From Aplysia californica (Eukaryota): a stretch of 64,000 nucleotides of DNA. The stretch covers positions 2,226,053 through 2,290,052 of the forward strand of contig NW_004797286.1 of the NCBI RefSeq assembly GCF_000002075.1, written 5' to 3'. Within the stretch, counting starts at the first letter, position 1; every line of letters starts with the position of its first letter. The position numbers and the translations under genes are program-made. Below the pieces are notes generated by a model. It saw only the letters and a program-made list of their open reading frames with translations. It made no database searches and was not told the DNA's origin. Of the stretch, positions 22,301-33,112 are shown piece by piece.

Positions 22301-25300
22301 GTTTTTTTTCTTGGGGTGAACATTTGGCAGTGTTGTGTGAGAGAAGGAAAAATTAAATGAAGAAAACCCTTTCTTTCTTTCTTTTTTTTTTTTTTGTTTT
22401 GTTTTTTTTGGTGTGTGTGTGTGTGAATATTTTACGATGCTTGCAACTGCATATATGGTCATATGGGCGTACTGGACACGTTAACAGTGCTTCCACTCTT
22501 CTGTATTTTTACGGAAATCCGTACTTTCTGCCAGTTCCGTATGGTTCCTCCATCATTATGAACTCCCTCCGTAAAAATATGCGACAGCATTGGACTGCCC
22601 AAATTCCGTACTCGCCTTCGTATTGTGTTGTATAAGTTACGGATATTTACGGTAATTCTCTCGGCAATAAGTTAATGTTTATAGAAACCTGCAAAATTGT
22701 TCATTTCCTTCAGTCGGCCATTATTCTGCTATGCCCCATGCATTCATTGCGGTGCGGTTGGTCGGCAGTTCATATTTTACATGCACATGAATCAAAATCT
22801 GGTGTACTTTTTGTGCCAATTTCCTCCTTTCTATCATTCACTCATTCCTTCTGTCTATCTTCGGATTGTTGCCGCGGCTGGAAAATTTGCGGGTTGATCA
22901 AGTAAATTGAGTTGTGATCTTAGACAGAAAGTTACTGTCAGAAAGAAACTTTTTTTGCAAATTTGTCTAGATCTAGAGACATTATCAATGTGAAAATTCT
23001 ACGGCACGTGAACGCGATAATATAAGGGCCGCGATGAAAGAAATATTATATGCTTATACGGGGTGCCACTAAGGATGGGATCCGGCTAATCGCCCGACTC
23101 GGTCGCCTCAAAAACAAACGCGTTTGTTTTCAGTTTCAGACGATGGAGTCGGGTGATCGGCCCGATCCAGCCGTAGGTAAAATCAAGAATAATTCGAAGT
23201 GGTGTTCCGAGGTTGTGACGGGTGACATTCAGACGTGAAAATTGAGGAAAAATTAGAGTTTATGCTGGGCAACTGTATTGTAAAGGAACATATCTATTCA
23301 TTATTCCCAAGTTTGCCTGCTATCAATGGTGCGATGACAAATTGATTGAATTATAGTACAATGAAATAAACATTGCCAGCAATGGAAAGATACGGTGTTG
23401 AAGAAATCAAACAAGACAAAATGTTGGTGAAAAAATAAATGTTATGGGCTGTAGGAAATCTCTTCAAATGCCATTTTTACCCCTCTAAAAGCACTAAATT
23501 TCAATTTCTTCGGGGGCTTTGCCCCCTGGACCCTGCTGGAGCAGCCCCCAGACCCCCAGCAGAACATTCCTTACTTTTAAGCTTCAGCTGGTGGAAGCAC
23601 TGCGTTAAGCATATTCAATTTGGTAGGAATTTAATTTTGCCTGGGTCGCTGCTGAAGTCTCCTCTTATCGATTTTAGGACTACCATAGGATCTTTAACGT
23701 ACAACTTACACTTCAAGATATTTTTGCTCTTGTCCAAAAAGGCTAGGTGTTAGATCTTACCTACCCTAAGATCAGGGGTGTGGCTGAAAAGCAGCAGAAA
23801 GAGTTAGGAGCCCAGAGAAGAGGGGGGGGGGGGCGAAATTGGACAAAAAGCAGACAACAGAACCATGATTAGAAAGCAGGGAGAGTGAAAGAAACATTTT
23901 TAGAGAAGAAAATTCTCTGTCACTGTCAGGTTTCGAACCCAGGACCTATTGTATGTGAGGCGAACTCTGAAAATGTTTAATGTGTCCAGCGCGCTCTTTT
24001 GACCTTTTGCAGTTGTGAGTGCCGTAAAACAATTACCAAAAAAAGAAAAGAACCAGTTTTCTCTTTGTGAATATTTCAGTCTGTCAATACTGTGTATATT
24101 TCAGAGTTTGTGAATACTCTCCGTATATTACATTGTAGATTTGTAGAGCCCATGGGTGGTTTCACTATTTTCATCTTCTTTCTGACAGAGTTCAGAGATT
24201 CGTAATGTGGCTGCGAAGGGGCTGGCCAAACTCCTGTTGTCTGGCAGAGTCATCTCCCCCAAGCTGGTGTCTCACCTGCTCCTGCTGTGGTACAACCCCA
24301 TGGTGGAGGAAGACGAGACGCTGCTCCAGTGTCTGGGCATTTTCTTCCCGCTGTTTGCCTTCAGCAGCAGGTGCGCAATGGGCAAGTGGGTCCCATGTAT
24401 TCAAAAGATGTTTCTTTATATTTAAAAAAAAATTTTTTTTTTTTAAAGGGGAGGGGAGGATGTCTTCTGCTTTAACGCTTTATCTCCAAGGGTGGTGAAC
24501 CCACTGTGCCAGGGCAATTTTTTGGTATGAAATCTAAAAGTGATATATACGTCACTAAATTGGTCGTAAAATCAAAACAACTGAACCTATTTTGATAGTT
24601 CTCCATCTAATGAATGAACTCCAGGTAAAAGAGACCTGTTTTCGCAAATTTGCAAAAAGTAGTTTGATGCTGAAGTCGTCCTAAAGGAAAGTGCACTGCA
24701 GCTTCCTGGAGATAAGGAATTAAGGCAGTTATATTCTTGGAGATGAGACGAATAGAAAAATATGCGTTGGTAAAAACAATTTTTGTGTCCACTTGTTCTT
24801 TTATGTCTCTTTCTGGTGTTTTGAGATAATTCATGATAACTTGATGCAGGGAAGATACAATTTTCAGGGTCATGTATCTTCTAAAAATTTCTAGTTTTGG
24901 AGTTGTTGATGTTGTCATGAATATAGACAAGATGGATTGTTGCAATACGCTTGGTCCAGGAGAACAATGTGTAAGAATGTGCGTGCATTAGTCCTGTATA
25001 CCAGCATTGTAGAATTTTCTTTTCAACAAGACTTTCTACAAAATATGGCTCATCATGTCCTTTTTTTTCTTCTTTTTTTGGGTGGAGGGGGGTCACCCAT
25101 TTCACTAAACTGAATGTTTTTTTAGGAAAGATGACATGGTGTGTCTTCTTATCTGTTTGCATACTTTCTAGATAAATCGTTATTGACTGGTCTGTTACTA
25201 TGATGTCATTGATGTTTGTTTCCCTCAGCACAAATCAGGAGGTTATAGAAGAGGCTTTCCTGCCCACTTTGAAGACTCTTCTTAAGGCACCATCCACATC

Positions 25301-28300
25301 TCCTCTGGCTGAGATAAACGAGGGCAATGTGTCCAACTTTCTGGTAGAACTCACTAATGCCCAGCACTTGGCCATTAACCAACAGTCTCAAGTGGAGCTG
25401 ACGGTATGGAGTTTCTAATATTTTTTTGTACTTGTTCTCATAAAATGATTTGTAAGGCTGGTTGCACTTTCAGTCATGTATGTCTGATGGCTCAAGAAAT
25501 CTCTTCTCATTGGTCCCGTAGCCAGTGTTCATATAATGACTGCTTTGCTGTCATCAGCCAACTCTGAGCATTTTGCTTCTTTTTAAAAGTCAGTAAAAAG
25601 AGCGATGTATTCAACAAGGGTAGCTATTTAAGTGGAGAACCTTTACACTAGCTCATCTTTATTCTCACACTTGCCGTTTCAAATTGGTTTTCCTGGGGCC
25701 CCACACAATAAGTTCCCTCCATGTCAATTGTTACTGTGACTCCTGGTTATGGTGTCTCGCACTGAACAAAATCTCAAATTATATTCCGCATACTAAATAC
25801 AAATTACTGTTTATTTATTTATTTATTTTTTTCCCTTGCCCGTTTATATGAGATTGACGCCATCTGATTAGTAGATGATAGTCCAATAGTGTATTACGGG
25901 CATACTTCGTATAACTAGTAACTGAAATAGCAGATAGAGATTCCAGGATTATAGATGTACGTCATTGATATGAGAGCGGTGATGATTTTAGATATAATGG
26001 CAGTGACGAGTGATGATGAGGGTTTGCGTTTAAGTAATGTTAGCGTTAGTCCTATCTTCCTCTGCTCCAATGAGTCACGAGGGATGTGGGCACCCTCTAT
26101 CCCATTCCAAATTACTGTTTAATTAATATAGATGCAGAAATGGCAATAGGCTTTGAGCAAAGACGTCAACTGAAAATATGTCTTTATGGTTCTTGGAGTC
26201 CAAATCTGCATTGACCTACCCTACAGGACAACCCTTGTCACGACAGCCTGGCTGTGAAGCTGTGCAATGAGGTGCTGTCCAAGCCAGACTCTTTCAACGT
26301 GAAGCTTTGGCTGAAGGTTCTCAACCAGCTGTTTCTCAGCACTGACAACATCATCTTGCTCAAGGATCTGTGTACCATGTGTGAGGACATGGCCATTGTG
26401 AGTTTTGCTTCACTTGAGGCCTTTACTTCAGGGATGTTGATCTTCTGAAATTTGTGTTGCAATTGCTATAAAACTCTTTGGAAAACTAAACTAAACTAAT
26501 CTTCTGTCAGTTTTATAAGGTAAACTGTAAGAGGTTATTTGCTATATAGACTGCAAGTATGCTCAAAATGGGAAGACAATAATTTGGAGGAGATGTGTAT
26601 GTCATATTGAATATACCCTCCCGGATATTCCTAGCATCTGCGTTTGTCGCGGCCACGAATCGCGGTCTCGATTTTTGGCATTTTTTGGTCCACGAATCAC
26701 AGCCGTGATTTTTGTATTTTTCCAACAAATAAAAACTTCGCCGGGAAGAAAAAATAATTTAAAAACTACAACAAAGACGGGGAATAACATTCGGGGGGGG
26801 GGGGGGAAAGAAAAGAAATCTAACCTCTTTAGATCTACTTTTAGAAAGAAAGTTTATTTTCACTTTCGCTTCACTTCGTCTCTTTCTCACTTGTTAACAC
26901 CACGTTGATTTATAATTTTCATGTGAAGAATATAAGTAGGCTACATTACATACTATTTTGCTGTTGCTATTTCATGTTTCCCTCTTTGTTGTGTTTTAAT
27001 TTGTTGGTGTGTTAATTTTTTTTCTTCTTGCTTTTGTTCTGATGTGTTGTTTTTCTATTTTTTGTGTATATAGTATAGCGTAATAATGTTCTTCCTACTT
27101 TTTTTTTCTTCTAATTATGTGTTATGTTGGAGCGTGTCTCCACCAAAAACCGAATACTGACACGGGCAGGCCCCTTGTGTGTGATTCCGTAATTTACATG
27201 TAATATCCTGTACTTTTTCTTGAATTATACAGGTTTAGGGTTAAAACGGCCAATCTATGAATTGGGTTGACACTCGCCCTTATTTGCTAATTTTTGTGGT
27301 TGTTTATTAATTTGCTGTTCTAATTTTGATTTCATTCTGTTTTGAAACTTTTATTTTTCACGTTTTTACACTCTCTGTGGCTACAAATGGTATTCTGGAT
27401 GCTTAAAACAGCACAAGAAATTCTAGTGTTTTAGATTAAGTTACCTCTATCAACATATTGCTATATTATGTCGTCACGAAGAGTAGAAAGCTTGAAAATG
27501 AATGGCAACTTTTGTGGAAAAAATGGCAACGAACGCAGATGTTAGATATTCAGTGCATTGGAAGCCCTCTGAAAGGTAGCATATAAACGTACATTTTTTT
27601 TTGTTTTAATGAAATGATAACTTTGAGTTAAAAAATTTAACTTCTTTTCCCCAGCATGGAATTTGAAACATAGTAATGCTGAGATATAGTTACGTTTATG
27701 GTGCAAAAACATTGGCATTATATAACTATTATTGATCCCTTACTTATTTTGGAGGAAAAGTCACACATTTAAAGGTTCAACGTGTTACTCTGATTCGTTA
27801 AATCAAACTATGGGCAAGGCTGTTTGAAAACGCCTGAATTCTGTTACATTGACAAAAAAGTACCACTTTTTATAGAGCAAAAACTTGACATGATACGAAA
27901 AAACTAATGTCATTTCTGGCATCAGCTATCCCAAATAAGCTTTGAACAATACTTAAACTTAATCCAGCAAAATGTGTGTTGAAAAGTGTGATCTTCCAAG
28001 GAAGTCCATGATTTCTAGGGGGAGAAAAATATTCCCATATGAATTTCCACAACCCAGTTTGGGATTTTAGGGATTTTCTGTCCACTGATGTGGAAATTGT
28101 GTTAAAGAAATGGAGGGCTTTCATACAATTTGATGTTGCAGTACAGTGCATTTGGCTGCTTTTGGTGGTAATGTGAATTATGCCTTGGGTTTTGAAAAGA
28201 ATGGGGGGGGGGATGTTTATTGTTAACTTGGGATTACGTTTTTATTAATTTATTAACTTTCATATGTTAGTTTTATTTTGTATATTTATTGTGTGGTCCT

Positions 28301-31300
28301 GAGTTATTTCTATCTCTTTGTCCTTGTACTGTTATTCATCAGTGGGGGATTTTTTGGGGGGGAGGCGGGGGTTAAAATTATATTTTTTAGTTGTTGGACA
28401 AAAAAGATCGTGATCAATTTAGTTTCAAGACGTATTGTCCCCTATCATCTCTCCTCAATAATAGAGTGTAGACAGTATTTTGTCATTTTCTTCAAAATAA
28501 ATCAGAAGTGTTTGTCTAGTCTATTCTGCCTCATGAGTATACATGTTAAATGTAAGTGTGGCACAGTTGTGGACATATTGAATGGTTCTACTGACAGGAC
28601 TTGTTAGACCTGCTCCGCTCTTTTTCACAAATATAATTTTTAATAGAATTTGATAAACAATTGTAGAGAAAGAACAGTATACCGTATACAGTATAGATAA
28701 GTATAAGCTATTTGGTTGTTGGAAGGTGCCACTGGCAAGTTCATCATTCTGTTGGTAATTTCTGTCTATTGCTTTGCCCAGCACTAAAAGGCAATAATAG
28801 GTCAGATAGCATGCCAAAATAGAAAGTCAGTTCTCCTACCTGCTATTTTTTGGTTGTTGACATCTTCTTAGATTTTTATACCCTCTCAGCAAGGCCGAAT
28901 GAATTGTAATTTGTGCTGTTTTTCATTTATTTAAACTGTTTTACAAGTCCCATGAAAATTTACTTTGGAAACTGATTTAACCACACACACACACACACAT
29001 ACACTCAACTACTAATCTGCAATTACAAGGCAAGGTATGTGAAAATTGCAAGGGACTCTTACATGTCGAGGTAGTTGTTCTGCTGCAGTTACATTGCAGA
29101 TACTCACATTCATAGGAATGAAAGCTCCTTTATTTTTAGTTTTTATTTGATTTTAATAATTTCTTTTGAATTACCTGTTGAAGTATTTACCACCACGTTA
29201 TTATCAAACCTCAGGTTATTACAGAGAAACAGTGTGTGAAACTTTTGGAGAAATTCAGAGAAAAGGTGAATGACCTGTATGACTTCCTGAAAGAGAAAAA
29301 TACCCAACCGACATCAGAAACGGGGAATGTTGGTTCAAATGAAGAAAGCTCTCCGACGGCTGAAGGAGATGACATTGTCCAAAACATGTCTGGCCTGAAA
29401 ATCAATGAGGAGACCAGTGGGAACCCAGAAGTAGCTAATGACGTAACCCCTGTCGTGGCTCCATCTGCACGGAAGACACGAGGTTTGTGTCACAATGCAC
29501 TGTCAGCTTTAACTATGTACTTGGGGGGGGGGGGGGGCTCATTGTCTAATGGTAGGGTGTTGGCCTCTCATTGCTAAGTACTATATACCTGTTTCATTCA
29601 GGTGTGTTTTGGATAACTACAGGGAGGTTTTTGGGGGGGTTTTTCTTAGGTTTTGCTCGCTCTAGGTTGATGATGCGGAAATTTAATGGTCTAGGGAGAA
29701 AACAGGGAAGTGAAGTACAGTCGAACCTGCCTTAACGGAAACCTGTGTAAAACGGAAACCTGTCTTAACGGAATCTCCCCGCTCGGCCCTTGATATGTTC
29801 CTCTTTAATTACCTGTATAAAACGGAAACCTGTCCAACGCGGAAACGGAAAGAAAAATCCACTCCCTTCCGAGGGTTTCACCTGTCTAAGGTTCTTTGCC
29901 CACTCAGCTCTGATTTGAAACAATACTCGCAAGTTTGGTTCCGCCGGCACGGAAGGGGAGTAGCGGTGCAATTTGGGGGTAGATGTTACCTCATCGTGTG
30001 AGCCCTGAACGATGCAGATGGTCAGGGTAGTGTAGGTGTGAAATCTCACGACTACCCGTGAGCCACTATGAAAACTTTTTTGGGTAGCCAGAAGCCTGAA
30101 GTGTGAAATTAGATTGACCAATGCCTGCCACCCTGATCGTACGCAAGCCGAGATAAGAGTTCCTCGAATCATAGTTACATGATGGCAGTGATGGGTGGCA
30201 CTGGTTGACTGTGCTTGTTATACCGGTGGATGGGGCTACGGGTGGAAGCAAGGAGATGTTCAAACGTTTCTGTTTTTAATAGGTCAAAGAGTGGTCCTAT
30301 GAACGGCAAGCACTGGTGGTAATTGGATAAGTAAGACTGACGCATGTCATTATCAGACAGGATAGCAATTGAGAGGTGTGAAATTTTGACCACTGCTTGC
30401 CGATCAGACAAGCGACCCTTGACCCCACCGGCTGGGCTTTTTAACCCCTCCCCCTAAATTCCCCTGTCTAAGACGGAATTTTTTTCTGGCTCCCTTGCGA
30501 TTGAGATTTTACGCAGATTCGACTGTAATTTAATTTAAGTGTGTATACTGCATGTTTATTATGCCAAGTTTAAGATTACTTCAGTGGGGGGGGGGGGGTA
30601 TAAAAATAAAGACGAAAAACAAGATGCCTTTGTTCACTTTCCTTTCATGGTACTTGTTAACTCACTTCAGACGGGTCACACAACAGTTGCGTGACCCCCG
30701 CCGCGACGCTCGCGACGGATCTCACAAGCCTTGCGTGACCAACTTTGGAATTTTTTTTTTCGCTCTACAAATCACGCACGGATCGCGAGACCCGCCTCGT
30801 ACCCTTGTTTGGCCAAGCCTGAGCTACTTAGACTTCGTTTCGTATCTCTGGGGCCGGTAGTTTTTAAGTTATTGAAGGTGAAGGACAGTGACCCCAACTG
30901 GGGTTGAACAGACAGGAACTCGCGCTTTGTTTTTTTCTATACAGCTCATAGTAATCCGACAGTCGCGTCGTAGTAATGGTCGAAGAAGTCGCATGAACAA
31001 GAATCACATAATTTCGCCGTTTTATATACTTCTGTGCGTTTTACTAGTTCTAGTGTCTCAGAATATGATGAGTTTAATAGTTAGGATCCTGGATATGTAC
31101 CCGCGCAACGAAATCACAACGTTGTGCCGTACATCTGTCTCATGTAATTCAGTATATGGGTCTGAATCAATGCACAGACCAGCTTTTATATTTTCACCAA
31201 ACACTCGCACATGTATGCAAATCAAACCAGAACACTTTGAACTTTTATTTTTGTTGTTGCAGTGAATTTCATTCTACTTGTCACGTCTCTGGAAATTTTT

Positions 31301-33027
31301 CGGAAAATCAAATTCATGCCAATTTTTTAAAAATCATACAAATTAAAGTATTAGACTTAGACAACTTTAGTTTTTTGTACTAAATTAAGCTTGAATGTTA
31401 CTTTACTGTGTAAAAAAATGATTACAATAGGGTAATTCTGAGAGTTGTGGTGATTTATTGAAATACCCCCAAAAACTCCAGTCTTCAACGCTTGTGACTG
31501 GTGAAAGGGCCCAGTCGCAAGTGAGTTAAGACCCCCCAAAACATAGTGTTTTCTTTGTAAAGGTGGACTTTGCCTATGCACACTGTTGCATGCCTTTTTT
31601 ACTATTTGACTGCACATACCTTTCAAGTTATGGTTATTGTGTCAGCATTACTTTAGGGTCTATGCATGGGGCAATGGATTTCACATTTGTTAACATCAAT
31701 GATCAGTGAATTCTTTGGCTGCGACTTCGGGAACTTTTCTTTCTCTCAATTTTGACTGTGAAATATGAGGGTTGGTTGGTTGTTGGGTTGTTTGTTTTGG
31801 TGTGGGGGGGTATTAAAATTTGTTATACATACATACCTGTCATAACTGTCAAGTAATTTTTAAAGTGTGGGATCACTTTGACTGTAATGTACATTGAGCA
31901 TTTCTAGAAAATGGAAAGGCACAGCTTAAATTTTTTATATTATTTATCATTATTAGTACCAGTAGTAGTAGTAGTATGCTCTGTTGGTTTGGTCATGGGG
32001 GCAGTCTTTCTTTTTTTCTTTTCATAAGGAATTTTATTAAATGTACAACATTTGTTTTTCTCAAATGTATTTGATGATTTTGCTTTCAGTTGCCCTTGTC
32101 ATGCATCATTACTCTCTATCATTTTGCAGGCAAATCTTTGAAAACCCCAATGTTGACCAAATCAACACAAGGTTCCAGGTTAAAAAGTGCCTTAAAATCT
32201 GCCAGCAAAAAGTTGGACTCAAGGTATGGTACCAATAGCTTTTTAGCTTCTCCTGTCTCAAACCTGTGGGATTCTGGTGTGAAAGACAGAGTTGTAATTT
32301 CTTTTCCTTTTACTTGATAAGAGAGCTTTAATGTTTTCAATAAGCAGTCATGCAGTTCTGTTTGGCTTGCTATGAGAAAATGTTGATATTTGCACTTTCT
32401 ATAGTAAAAGTAAAGGCAATATTCTTTCTTTTCAAGTATGAGTTTAGTGGTCCTTATGTTTTCCCTATTTTTCATGTTGTTAAACACAATTAGTAAAAGA
32501 AAACCACACATTAAACTACAGTGGAAACCTGATATAACAGGGATGGTGGGAGTAGAGAAAAGGTCCTGTTATATCCGATCCCTGTTAAATCCGAAATTAT
32601 GCAAGGAAAGTGAGCATTTGTGGACTAATCTAGCTGTACTTGCTCATGGGTAGTTTCCCTAGCCACAAGCACCCACAAACATGGATTTTGGCACCGAATT
32701 TCTCCTTGCGTCCTTAAACCACATCAGAAGAGCTTGGTCCTCAGCATCTGCATCGGTTAGTCTCATCTTCTTTCGATCCAGAGCAAACTTTTCATTGCAG
32801 TATGCTGCCACTATCTTCTCTCTATCCTTGATAATGGTGGGAATCGACCCTTGTGGAATGTCGAACTGACAACATATTTCTGCCAGTGGAGCTTGCTTTT
32901 TTGTCAACAGTCTGGATTATTTCGTATTTTGTGTCAATTGAAAGGCATTTTCTCTTGCACTTGACATCGTTGGTGATCATAATGAAAGAAGTAGGCTTAG
33001 ATTTAGGCCGACCGGTCGTCCCCCCCT

Positions 33028-33112
<85 letters not shown>

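Noticed and set aside
23603-24050. Apparent twin-priming (5' inverted) SINE
   Set aside because: The inverted body has its own tail on the far side of the hAT-like insertion (22380-22484), so it is a split minus-strand copy, not an inversion
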